DNA of 64,000 nucleotides. Origin: an uncultured Sphaerobacteraceae bacterium (GTDB lineage Bacteria > Chloroflexota > Chloroflexia > Thermomicrobiales > UBA6265). The stretch lies in contig CAYWSE010000007.1 in NCBI GenBank assembly GCA_964461025.1, positions 1,260 to 65,259 on the forward strand, read 5' to 3'. The notes under the pieces are model-generated. The model was not told the origin of the DNA. It saw only the letters and a program-made list of their open reading frames with translations, and made no database searches. The position numbers and the translations under genes are program-made. Below, in pieces: positions 27,426 to 36,458 of the stretch (its first letter is position 1; each line of letters starts with the position of its first letter).

Positions 27426-28562
27426 ATGCTGACCGTGATCGATCGCGGAATCGTGTTCGATGCAACGACTGCTCCACTCGAGCAGCGCTCGAACGCGTTC
27501 ACGTCGCTCACGGCAACCAGCGAGGGGTATCTCTGTTCATTCCGCTCAGCATCTGGCCGTGACGATCCCGGCGGAAGGCTTCGCGTCATGTCGAGCGACG
27601 ACGGTAAGACCTGGTCGACACTTGACGAGGGCCTCATATACGAAATCGACGGCATTGTCGGCGACATGTATGCCGGGTATTTCACCGAGCTCGAACCTGG
27701 TTTGGTGACGGGCGCCTTCGTTTGGGTCGACCGCTCCAATCCAGATTTGTCGTTCGTCAACCCGGAAACCGCCGGCATTCTGCCGACCAGGAATCTGCTG
27801 GCGTCGTCGACAGACGGCGGGCGGAACTGGAAAGGCTGGCGTGAGGTCGATCTCGGCCCGGAGGAAGGCTGCACCTTGACAGGTCCGGTTTTCGAGTTTG
27901 CCGAGGGCGTCCTCGGACTGCCGTACGAAACGTGGAAGTCGTACAACGACACAAGCCCCGGTCACCACACCGCCTCGTTGCGGTTGTCTCGCGACGGCGG
28001 AGCTACCTGGAATGAACGTCAGGTTGTTGCAGCCGATCCGCACGGTGGAACGCTGTATTGGGATCAGCGGATCGCGGTGAATGGCGATTCCGGCGACGCC
28101 TGCGCGATGTTCTGGACGCACAATCGCCCTCTCGGCCGCGATATCGACAACACGATCGCCTGGTTGGCGTCTGGCCAGACTGAGTGGAGCGCGCCTGTAA
28201 GCTGCAACTGGCCAGGACAGCACTGCCAGCCACTCTGGCTGGGCGGCGATCGTCTGCTGGCAGTGCACGTTCAACGTGGTCCGCAGAGCGGCATCGTGGC
28301 TCGACTCAGTGAGGATTTTGGCCACACCTGGAACGCAGATCAAACGACGCAGATCTATCTCCACAACGCTTTTCATAGTGAGGATCAAGCGGAGAGCTTC
28401 GAAGCATTCTGGCTTGAAATGATGACCTGGGAATTCGGTCATCCACGGGCTGTGCAGATGAAGGATGGCGACGTGCTGGTGGTCTGGTACGCCGGTGACA
28501 GCAACGCCACCAGCGTCCACTGGGCACGGCTCTCTGTCCCACCGGCAGGAGAAGCATCATGA
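27426..28562 (+). CDS. BNR/Asp-box repeat beta-propeller protein (sialidase-fold-like), no signal peptide
   Basis: Four Asp-boxes: SSDDGKTWS, STDGGRNWK, SRDGGATWN, SEDFGHTWN. I saw no N-terminal hydrophobic leader and no FRIP motif. The ATG is 1 nt after the upstream stop. Confidence 0.7.
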   Translation: MLTVIDRGIVFDATTAPLEQRSNAFTSLTATSEGYLCSFRSASGRDDPGGRLRVMSSDDGKTWSTLDEGLIYEIDGIVGDMYAGYFTELEPGLVTGAFVWVDRSNPDLSFVNPETAGILPTRNLLASSTDGGRNWKGWREVDLGPEEGCTLTGPVFEFAEGVLGLPYETWKSYNDTSPGHHTASLRLSRDGGATWNERQVVAADPHGGTLYWDQRIAVNGDSGDACAMFWTHNRPLGRDIDNTIAWLASGQTEWSAPVSCNWPGQHCQPLWLGGDRLLAVHVQRGPQSGIVARLSEDFGHTWNADQTTQIYLHNAFHSEDQAESFEAFWLEMMTWEFGHPRAVQMKDGDVLVVWYAGDSNATSVHWARLSVPPAGEAS

Positions 28563-29815
28563 CTGCACCACGGGCGACCGATCTTGCCATCAACGGCGGT
28601 TTGCCAGTGCGAACATCGCCGTTGCCCGGCCATAGTCGCGCAATGGGCGACGAGGAGCTCGAGGAGCTCGCCGAAGTCGTGCGTTCAGGTCAGCTTGGAC
28701 GTCACCAGGGCACGAAGGTCAAAGCGCTCGAGAAGACGTTCGCTGAGCTCTACGGTGTCCGGCATGCCATCGCGGTGTCGTCTGGTTCCGCCGCGGTTCA
28801 TACTGCAATCGCCGCCATCGATCCCGAACCGGGTGATGAGATCATCACGACGCCGTGCAGCGATTTCGGCACGGTCATGGGGATTCTCTTCCAGAACGCC
28901 ATACCGGTCTTCGCCGATCTCGATCCCCAGACATTCTGCATCGATCCCGCCAGCGTCGAGTCGCTGATTACCCCGCGCACCCGGGCGATCATGCCGGTTC
29001 ATCTCTTCGGCGGTCCGGCGGACATCGATGCATTGGTCGATATCGGTCACCGTCATGGCATTCCCGTCATCGAGGATTGCGCGCAGGCACAGCTGACCGA
29101 GGTGAGTGGACGCCTGGCTGGCACGATTGGCGATATCGGTTGTTTCAGCTTCAACAATACCAAGCATCTCAATTGCGGCGAGGGCGGCATCGTTGTCACG
29201 AATGACGATGATCTCGCCCGCCGCATGCGGCTCTTCGCAGACAAAGCCTGGCCGCGCGAGGAAGCGGGCCGGTTCAGTCTCTTTCTGGGCCAGAACTACC
29301 GGCTGAACGAGCTGGAGGGAGCGGTCGCCCTGGTCGGCCTGCGCCGTTTGAAAGAGAACGTCGCGGCGCGACGGCACGCGATCGGAGCGATCCTCGCGGC
29401 AATCGAAGGGATGCCGGGAGTGGAGATTCCCACCTATCCGGCTGGCGCCGAATCGAGCTACTGGATTTTGCATCTTTTCGTCGATCAGCAGTTGGATGCG
29501 GACGAAGTCGCGGCGGCGCTGCAGGCGGAAGGCATTCCCTTCACCGCGAAGTATGTGACACCGCTCTACACCTGGCCCGTTTTGCGCGATGCCCAAACGT
29601 ACGGCAAGTCACGATTCCCGTTCGATTCTCCGTACACCGACCGTCCTTTCGACTACGCGCCTGGGCTCTGTCCAGTTTTCGAAGCGCGGCGGGAAAAGCT
29701 CATTCTCCTCTCAGTCGATGAACAGTGGACAGACGAGGACGCTGCAGACATCGCCAACGCGCTGCGCAAGGTCCTTCCGGCGTTCATGAACGCGGAGAAC
29801 ATCGATGCTGATTGA
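28559..29815 (+). CDS. DegT/DnrJ/EryC1/StrS-family PLP aminotransferase
   Basis: ATGA overlap with the upstream gene. Family motifs: HAIAVSSGSAAVHTAIAAI, PGDEIITTP, IPVIEDCAQA, FSFNNTKHLNCGEGG (PLP-Lys region). Confidence 0.8.
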   Translation: MTAPRATDLAINGGLPVRTSPLPGHSRAMGDEELEELAEVVRSGQLGRHQGTKVKALEKTFAELYGVRHAIAVSSGSAAVHTAIAAIDPEPGDEIITTPCSDFGTVMGILFQNAIPVFADLDPQTFCIDPASVESLITPRTRAIMPVHLFGGPADIDALVDIGHRHGIPVIEDCAQAQLTEVSGRLAGTIGDIGCFSFNNTKHLNCGEGGIVVTNDDDLARRMRLFADKAWPREEAGRFSLFLGQNYRLNELEGAVALVGLRRLKENVAARRHAIGAILAAIEGMPGVEIPTYPAGAESSYWILHLFVDQQLDADEVAAALQAEGIPFTAKYVTPLYTWPVLRDAQTYGKSRFPFDSPYTDRPFDYAPGLCPVFEARREKLILLSVDEQWTDEDAADIANALRKVLPAFMNAENIDAD

Positions 29816-31430
29816 CGTCAACGCCTCGTTCGGAGGTCGCGAGTCGATTCAGCGGTATGGAGTCGATACCCTGGAGCGTGAGCTCGACGCCACTCCGTAC
29901 GCTCTGGCGTTCGTCAGCGCGAACGAAGGCGTGTTCGATCAGCAAACGGCGAACGATCACGTCTTCGCGTTGTGCGAAGCCAATGAGCGCTGGTTGCCAG
30001 CGGCGACGCTCCATCCCGGCGACACCTTCTCCTGGCGGGAAGAACTCACTCGCAGTCTCGAGGCCGGGGTCAGGCTCTTTCGCATCAACCCGGTGAAGAG
30101 CGGATGGGCGGTCGATTCGATTCTGCTGTCTCTGCTCATCGACAGGCTGGCAGGTACCGGCGCGGCGCTCCTGGTCGAGTCTGCGCCCGCCGGGCTCCCG
30201 TCCGCTGTCGTGGTTCGAACGTCGCAAGCCGGCGTACCGGTGATTTTCTCGGAAGCGCGGTATTTCCCGCTTACGGAGCTGATCCCGCTCTCGCAGCATT
30301 ATCAGGATGTCTTCATCGAAACGAGCCGTTTGACGAGTCCCGGCGGGATCGCACTCTGTGTGCGAGAGATTGGCTCGCATCGCCTCCTCTACGGTTCCGG
30401 CGCGAACCGGTATCCGGCGAACGTTGCCTGGCAGCTGCTCTGCCGAGCCGATATCGCGCCAGCCGAGCGCGAAGCGATCGCCTGGCGTAATGCAGCAACG
30501 CTCTTCAATCTCGATCCCGCTCCCCTTTTCTTCACTCAAACCAACGCGGAGTCAAACGGGACCGGCCCTGCATCGCGAAAGCACAAGAACGCGACTGTGC
30601 AACACGCCATGTCGGAACTGCGCCAGGCCGATCCGATTGAACGTGAAACCAGCCAGTTTCCTCCCGCAATCGACATCCACCTGCACGACAAGTTCGCCGG
30701 CGCGCCCTTTCCGCGGTTCTCAGCCGAAGGATACGAAGCGGAATTGCGACGCAATCAGATCGTTGCCGGCGTGTCGTCGTCCGCAACAGCAATCTTCCAC
30801 GATCTGAAGCGAGGCAACGATGAAAATGAAGCGCTGCTTTCATCAGTGCCGGGGCTCAAGGGATATGTGGTCGTCGATCCCCGCTATCTCGATGACTCGA
30901 TTCAGGAACTCGAGCGGCTGCACACGTCTGATTTCTGGGTTGGTGTTAAGATCCACTGCGCTCACGCGAAAACGCTGACCGGATCGGCGGCAATGACAGA
31001 GCTCATGGCCGCCATCGCCGAGCAACGCAAGCCACTGCTCGTTCATCCGTTAGGAGCGGATTGGCCGGAAGCGCTCTGCATGCATGCGGCCCGGCACCCC
31101 GAGTTGCCGATCATCGCCGCCCACGCAGGCTACGGCGATGCACCGCATCCAACACACGATGCCGCGCTTCGCCTCTCGCAAGCGCCGAACATTGTCATCG
31201 AGTTCTGCAGCACCTATCTGGCGCCAGGAGCGATCCGGCGCGGCATCGAGGCGGTTGGGGTGGATCGCGTGCTGTTCGGCAGCGATTTCCCGCTCCTCTC
31301 GCTCGAGTACATGCGCGTCGCGTACGAGTCCGCCGAACTCTCGGCTGCCGAATTAGACGCAATCTACCTTCGGAATGCGGCCAGGCTCTTCCCGTCGTTG
31401 GGAGCCATCATCGAGGAGGTCGCCAGGTAA
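29805..31430 (+). CDS. Tandem amidohydrolase-2 (metal-dependent TIM-barrel hydrolase/decarboxylase) protein; the N-terminal copy lacks the HxH site
   Basis: N-half: MLIDVNASFG...LLYGSGANRYP...AWRNAATLFNL. C-half: AIDIHLHDKF...IIAAHAGYG...VLFGSDFPLL...IYLRNAARLF. It overlaps the upstream gene by 11 nt. Confidence 0.65.
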   Translation: MLIDVNASFGGRESIQRYGVDTLERELDATPYALAFVSANEGVFDQQTANDHVFALCEANERWLPAATLHPGDTFSWREELTRSLEAGVRLFRINPVKSGWAVDSILLSLLIDRLAGTGAALLVESAPAGLPSAVVVRTSQAGVPVIFSEARYFPLTELIPLSQHYQDVFIETSRLTSPGGIALCVREIGSHRLLYGSGANRYPANVAWQLLCRADIAPAEREAIAWRNAATLFNLDPAPLFFTQTNAESNGTGPASRKHKNATVQHAMSELRQADPIERETSQFPPAIDIHLHDKFAGAPFPRFSAEGYEAELRRNQIVAGVSSSATAIFHDLKRGNDENEALLSSVPGLKGYVVVDPRYLDDSIQELERLHTSDFWVGVKIHCAHAKTLTGSAAMTELMAAIAEQRKPLLVHPLGADWPEALCMHAARHPELPIIAAHAGYGDAPHPTHDAALRLSQAPNIVIEFCSTYLAPGAIRRGIEAVGVDRVLFGSDFPLLSLEYMRVAYESAELSAAELDAIYLRNAARLFPSLGAIIEEVAR

Positions 31431-31496
31431 ACGTAAGTGCAAAGACGAAATCGCGAAAACGTGTTTCGCGGCGAAGAACACTGTTGGAGGGAAGCG

Positions 31497-32255
31497 ATGA
31501 ACATCAAGAACACTGCCAAAGAACGCATGTTGAAGGGTGAACCGGCATTCGGCTGGGCGCTGGGTCTGGGGTCCGCCTTCGCCGGTGAGCGTCTCGCTGG
31601 AACCGGCATCGATTTCGTCATGATCGACGGTCAGCATGGTTCCTGGGGCGTGGACAGCACGTTTGCGGCGTTCCTGGCCATCGCCGCGGGCGGCGCGACG
31701 CCGATGGCGAGAGTGCCAAAGAACGACTATACGGTGATCGGCAAGTTTCTCGATGAAGGAGCCCTCGGCATCATCGTCCCGATGGTCCACACCGCTGACG
31801 ACGCCAAACACGCCGCCGACGCCTGCCGCTTTCCCCCAACTGGGGCACGCTCATGGGGATGGGGCCGGGCCGGAGCTTATGGCGACGACTACCCATTGGC
31901 CGTCAATGACGAGATCTTCCTGGCCGTGCAGATCGAGAGTGCCGACGCGGTGAAGAACGCGGAGGCGATTCTTGCCACCGAGGGCGTCGATGGATGCTGG
32001 ATCGGTCCGTCCGACCTGCAACTGTCATACGGCCACATGCCCTGGTCTGACGAAGGCGTCAAGGTTTTGAATGCGGCGCTCGAGCAAATCGAAGCCGCCG
32101 CCAAATCGACTGGCAAGATCCTTGGGTTCGCCACCAACGGTCCAGAGCACGCCCGATCGCTGGCCGATCGGGGGTATCGGTTCCTGACCGCCGGAAGCGA
32201 CATCGGATTCATGCTCTCAGGCGCCGCGGCGGGGCTGAAAGTCATGCGCGGCTAA
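31497..32255 (+). CDS. HpcH/HpaI-family 2-keto-3-deoxy-acid aldolase
   Basis: GGAGGG RBS. MNIKNTAKERMLKGEPAFGWALGLGSAFAGERLAGTGIDFVMIDGQHGS...VPMVHTADDAKHAADACRFPPTGARS...VQIES is typical of the family. Confidence 0.8.
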   Translation: MNIKNTAKERMLKGEPAFGWALGLGSAFAGERLAGTGIDFVMIDGQHGSWGVDSTFAAFLAIAAGGATPMARVPKNDYTVIGKFLDEGALGIIVPMVHTADDAKHAADACRFPPTGARSWGWGRAGAYGDDYPLAVNDEIFLAVQIESADAVKNAEAILATEGVDGCWIGPSDLQLSYGHMPWSDEGVKVLNAALEQIEAAAKSTGKILGFATNGPEHARSLADRGYRFLTAGSDIGFMLSGAAAGLKVMRG

Positions 32256-32517
32256 TGTGCGGAACATTGTCACGACCGGTTTGAAATCCGGTGAACAGGC
32301 GGGTACCATGGCATCGCAACAATGTGATTCTTGCCAATACGGAGGGCCGTTCGTGACAGCCGAATCAGGCTATCCGGTGGTGTGTTTGCACCGGAAGTCA
32401 ACTGGAGAGAGGAGGCCAAGCCGCGAATGACGGGAATGTGTTCTGCAATGTGAAAGAGCGTCTTTCCATTGTTACAGACACACCACGATTACTGGGCATA
32501 GACCAAAGGAGTGAACG

Positions 32518-34113
32518 TTGATCAAGCACAGCAGATTCCGAAAGCCATTGCTCTTCCTGGGCTTACTGGCGTTGGTGGCCTCGATTATGGCCCCCACCAT
32601 GGCCGTGGCGCAGGATTCCAGCGAGGGCGGTGGTGGCGTCCTGGTCGGCGCGTTCGACGTCGGACCGGGTGGCGCGCCGGAACAGTTCAATCCGCTCACG
32701 GCGGGTGCCGGATTTACATGGTTCGAGAAGTATTTCTCGAAACTCATGCTCTACAACACCGACTTTACCGAGATTCAGGGCGAGCTTGCAGAATCGTGGG
32801 AGATCAATGAGGACGCCACCCAGTACACGATTCATCTGCGCGACGGCATCACGTGGCACGACGGTGAGCCATTTACGTCCGCGGACGTAAAGTTCACCAT
32901 TGAGTTTGCCGCAAATCCAGATAGCGCCAGCTACATCGGCGCCAAGTTCACGTCCGTCGAGTCAATCGACACGCCGGACGATCTGACAGCGGTGCTCAAT
33001 CTGAGCAACCCAAATGCGACGCTGCTTGACGCCTTCACCTTCCTGGTGATGTTGCCGATGCACGTGCTTCAGGACATGGCGCCGGCCGACATGATCGAGT
33101 CCGACTGGTGGCGCACAAGTCCGATCGGCACTGGCCCCTTCAAATGGGTGAAGTACGAACCCGGCCAATATGTCGAGCTCGCGGCGTATGATGATTACTG
33201 GCGAGGACGCCCAGTGCTCGATGGCATCATCAATCGCTATTTTCCCGAAGCGGGAAGCTCGGTGATCGCCCTTCGCGCCGGTGATATTTCATTCACCTAC
33301 CTGACGACGGACGAGGCGCTCGATCTTCAGGGAGACGACGCATTCACGGTGCTCGAGGGTCCCTCGCTGGTGGTCAATGCGTTCGGCTTTGATTTGACCG
33401 ATGAACGATTCCAGGATGCTCGAGTACGTCAGGCATTTGCTTACGCTCTCGATCGCCAGATCATGATCGATCAGCTCTTCCAGGGAACGGCCACCGCGGT
33501 GCCCTGCGCCTACCTTCTGCCGCAATTCATTCCGGCGGAGGTGAACATGTACGAATACGATGTCGCGATGGCGCAATCGTTGCTTGCGGAAGCTGGCTTC
33601 GATGCCAGTCAGCCGATTGAGATCGTAACGTACTACTCGGATCAGCTCTCACAGGACGTGATGGTCACTGTCCAGCAGTTCCTGGCAGATGCCGGGGTCA
33701 CCGTTACGCTGCGCACGACCGACACGCCCGGCACCTACAACGAAGTTGTCGCCGATCCCGCCCAGTGGGACATCGCCTACTTCGGCGCTGCCAACGGACC
33801 TGACCCTGACGTGTTGTCGACGCACTTCGAGTCGAAGGCCGCGAATCCGGCCGTGATCAACCGCTCGGGCATCGCCAATGACGAGCTCGACGCACTCTTC
33901 GCCGAGGGCCGCACAACGGTCGATCCAGCGGCGCGTGCCGAGGTCTACCAGCAGATTTGCTCGATCATGAACCAGGAACTCTACTGGATTCCGATGTGGG
34001 TCACCACGCGGTTCGGTGGCGTCTCGGTCACTGTCGAGAACTTCGTCTGGACACCGGCTCCGGGTGGCGGCCGCTATTACGATGCAGCGCACCTTTGGAG
34101 TCTCGCATCCTGA
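32518..34113 (+). CDS. ABC transporter substrate-binding protein, family 5 (second copy), Sec-type signal
   Basis: AGGAG lies 6 nt before TTG 32518. Leader MIKHSRFRKPLLFLGLLALVASIMAPTMAVAQD. Core YTIHLRDGITWHDGEPFTSADVKFT. Confidence 0.85.
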   Translation: MIKHSRFRKPLLFLGLLALVASIMAPTMAVAQDSSEGGGGVLVGAFDVGPGGAPEQFNPLTAGAGFTWFEKYFSKLMLYNTDFTEIQGELAESWEINEDATQYTIHLRDGITWHDGEPFTSADVKFTIEFAANPDSASYIGAKFTSVESIDTPDDLTAVLNLSNPNATLLDAFTFLVMLPMHVLQDMAPADMIESDWWRTSPIGTGPFKWVKYEPGQYVELAAYDDYWRGRPVLDGIINRYFPEAGSSVIALRAGDISFTYLTTDEALDLQGDDAFTVLEGPSLVVNAFGFDLTDERFQDARVRQAFAYALDRQIMIDQLFQGTATAVPCAYLLPQFIPAEVNMYEYDVAMAQSLLAEAGFDASQPIEIVTYYSDQLSQDVMVTVQQFLADAGVTVTLRTTDTPGTYNEVVADPAQWDIAYFGAANGPDPDVLSTHFESKAANPAVINRSGIANDELDALFAEGRTTVDPAARAEVYQQICSIMNQELYWIPMWVTTRFGGVSVTVENFVWTPAPGGGRYYDAAHLWSLAS

Positions 34114-34124
34114 ACTGAGCGCTT

Positions 34125-34152
34125 TTCGGGCCGGCCTGCGGGCCGGCCCGAA
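34125..34152 (+). terminator. 12-bp GC-rich stem-loop after the second binding-protein gene
   Basis: TTCGGGCCGGCC-TGCG-GGCCGGCCCGAA, 12 nt after the stop. It sits in the same position as the hairpin at 20775. Confidence 0.45.
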
Positions 34153-34213
34153 GCTCTTCCACAAAGCGGTCACTCTCCTGGCAAATGACGATCTGAAGGA
34201 TCTTTAGTCGCAA

Positions 34214-35170
34214 ATGGGCCAATACATTATTCGACGGCTGATTATTACGATTCCGCTGCTCATCGCGATCTCCTTTTTCGTGTTCGCTCTCCTCCAGTTC
34301 ACGCCCGGCGATCCGGTCGACTCCTATCTGCCGCCTGATGCGATGGTCTCACCCGAGCAACGCGAGCAGATTCGGCACCAGATGGGGCTCGACCGGCCAT
34401 TTCTGGTCCGGTACGGCTACTGGCTGAAAGAAACAGCGACCGGCAACCTGGGTTTCCGGTTGATCGCCAAGGAACCTGTCGCTGATGCGATTCGAAACCG
34501 CATTCCAGCGACCCTGTTGCTCATGGGCACCGCGATGGCGATTGGCATCACACTCGGAGTCTTCTTCGGGGTGATCTCCGCAGTTAAGCAATACTCTGTC
34601 CTGGATGGTCTCCTGACAGTCTTTGCGCTCCTGGGGCTCTCGCTACCGGTCTATCTGGCCGGTCTTCTAGGGCTTTATTTCTTTTCGCTGAAGTTCGATC
34701 TCTTTCCCGCTGGCGGGTACTCGACACCTGGGCAGCCGTTTTCGTTGACCGACCGCTTGCACCATCTGATTCTTCCTGCCTCGATTATCGCAATCAATTA
34801 CATCGCCTCGACCATGCGCTACACGCGTTCGGCGATGCTCGAAGTACTCGGTCAGGACTACGTGCGCACCGCGCGTTCGAAAGGTCTCTCCGAAGTCGTC
34901 GTGATCGGCAAGCACGCGTTTCGCAATGCGCTGATTCCAGTCGTCACGATCGTGGGCACCTACGTCCCCTTCTTGCTCGGCGGGGCAGTGTTCATCGAAT
35001 CGATCTTTGGATGGCCGGGTCTCGGCCGTCTCTTCCTGGAAGGGGTTGGTCAGCGCGACTATCCGTTGATTATGGGCCTGACGCTGATACTGGCCGTGAT
35101 GATTTTGATCGTCAATTTGCTGATCGACGTCATCTACGCCTTCGTCGATCCCCGGATTCGATATGACTGA
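34214..35170 (+). CDS. ABC transporter permease (DppB-like, second copy)
   Basis: MGQYIIRRLIITIPLLIAISFFVFALLQFTPGD...YVRTARSKGLSEVVVIGKHAFRNALIPV. It is a paralog of 20887..21843. Confidence 0.85.
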   Translation: MGQYIIRRLIITIPLLIAISFFVFALLQFTPGDPVDSYLPPDAMVSPEQREQIRHQMGLDRPFLVRYGYWLKETATGNLGFRLIAKEPVADAIRNRIPATLLLMGTAMAIGITLGVFFGVISAVKQYSVLDGLLTVFALLGLSLPVYLAGLLGLYFFSLKFDLFPAGGYSTPGQPFSLTDRLHHLILPASIIAINYIASTMRYTRSAMLEVLGQDYVRTARSKGLSEVVVIGKHAFRNALIPVVTIVGTYVPFLLGGAVFIESIFGWPGLGRLFLEGVGQRDYPLIMGLTLILAVMILIVNLLIDVIYAFVDPRIRYD

Positions 35171-36083
35171 TCATGCCGCCGCATTGCCGCCGGCCGGCGG
35201 TCATGTCTCCGACACATTCGGCCGGGAAACGATAATCGACACTCCGGTCCGGCAAGTCGTGCGCCGCTTTTCACGACACAAACTGGCGATGTCCGGGTTG
35301 GCGATCTTTCTGGTCATCGTGGTGCTTTGCGTGTTCGCACCGATGATCGGACGGTACGATCCAGATACCGTCGATTTGATGGCTCGCAACCAGGGGCCAT
35401 CGCGCGAGCATTTCTTTGGCACTGACCGAACCGGGCGCGATACGTTCACGCGGGTTCTTTACGCTGGGCGGGTCTCCCTGGCCGTCGGCGTCGTTGCCGT
35501 TGCGATTTCAGTTGCCATCGGACTCGTGCTTGGTTCGACCGCAGGTTACTTCGGCGGCAGAGTGGACAATCTGATCATGCGGATGACCGACGTGATGATG
35601 ACCTTTCCCCCTGTCGTCCTCATCCTCACCGTTTCGGCTATCGCCGGACCAGGCGTCCGCAACACGATGCTGGTCATTGGGCTTCTCAATTGGCCTGTTC
35701 CCTGCCGGTTGGTGCGTGCCCGGTTTCTCCAGGTGCGAGAGATGGAGTATGTAACGGCCGCGCGGTCGCTCGGAGTTCCCTCTCGCCGGATCATAGGTCG
35801 GCATGCTCTCCCGAATGTCATCGATGTGATGATTGTTTATGTCACTCTGGGCGTCGCAAATGCCATCTTGCTCGAAGCTGGCATGAGCTTCCTGGGCGTC
35901 GGTGTGCAGCCCCCTACTCCCAGTTGGGGCAATATGTTGAACGTCGCTCGCAACATCAGCGTGCTGGAAGGCGATCCATGGCAATGGATGCCTGCCGGAA
36001 CGGCAATCGTGCTGACAGTTCTCGCGGTCAACCTGATCGGCGACGGCCTGCGCGACGCGCTCGACCCCCGCACACGAATCTAG
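35163..36083 (+). CDS. ABC transporter permease (DppC-like, second copy)
   Basis: 8-nt overlap with the upstream gene. Motifs HFFGTDRTGRDTFTRVLYAGR and YVTAARSLGVPSRRIIGRHALPN. Confidence 0.85.
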   Translation: MTDHAAALPPAGGHVSDTFGRETIIDTPVRQVVRRFSRHKLAMSGLAIFLVIVVLCVFAPMIGRYDPDTVDLMARNQGPSREHFFGTDRTGRDTFTRVLYAGRVSLAVGVVAVAISVAIGLVLGSTAGYFGGRVDNLIMRMTDVMMTFPPVVLILTVSAIAGPGVRNTMLVIGLLNWPVPCRLVRARFLQVREMEYVTAARSLGVPSRRIIGRHALPNVIDVMIVYVTLGVANAILLEAGMSFLGVGVQPPTPSWGNMLNVARNISVLEGDPWQWMPAGTAIVLTVLAVNLIGDGLRDALDPRTRI

Positions 36084-36101
36084 CAAGACACTGTCATTCC
36101 A

Positions 36102-36458
36102 CTACTCTGTTCGCTTCTTCCGCGACTGTGACTTCGCCGCGATCATCAGATAGCTCTCCTCGATCAGGTTTGCCGCTCCTTCCCAATCGGTCGAGTCATC
36201 CAGTCTGATGCCGATCCAGCCCTTGTGCCCGACATACGGAGGAGAAAAGTAGTGACCGGGATCCGAGCCGATCAACGCGTCTCGAAGCTCGAATTCCGAC
36301 TTGCACCACACCGAGGCGGCACCATCATTCGTGCCGAACATCGCGAAAATGCGGTCGCGTACGCGAAAGGTCGGGTCACCCCAGGCGATTTTCTCGGTCG
36401 CATCCGGCAGTGCCAGGCAGATCGAGCGTACGCGGCCCTCGATATCTTCAGGCATCAT
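36102..36458 (-). CDS. MmcQ/YjbR-family protein
   Basis: MPEDIEGRVRSICLALPDATEKIAWGDPTFRVRDRIFAMF...GWIGIRLDD. I trimmed the start to the MM at 36458, because the longer ORF overlaps the upstream gene. Confidence 0.7.
   Translation of the reverse strand: MMPEDIEGRVRSICLALPDATEKIAWGDPTFRVRDRIFAMFGTNDGAASVWCKSEFELRDALIGSDPGHYFSPPYVGHKGWIGIRLDDSTDWEGAANLIEESYLMIAAKSQSRKKRTE

Noticed and set aside
32256-32517. Assignment of the leader to a known riboswitch class (cobalamin, TPP, glycine, ZTP, c-di-GMP, guanidine)
   Set aside because: None of the conserved cores I remember for those classes is present. It is kept only as an unclassified structured leader.
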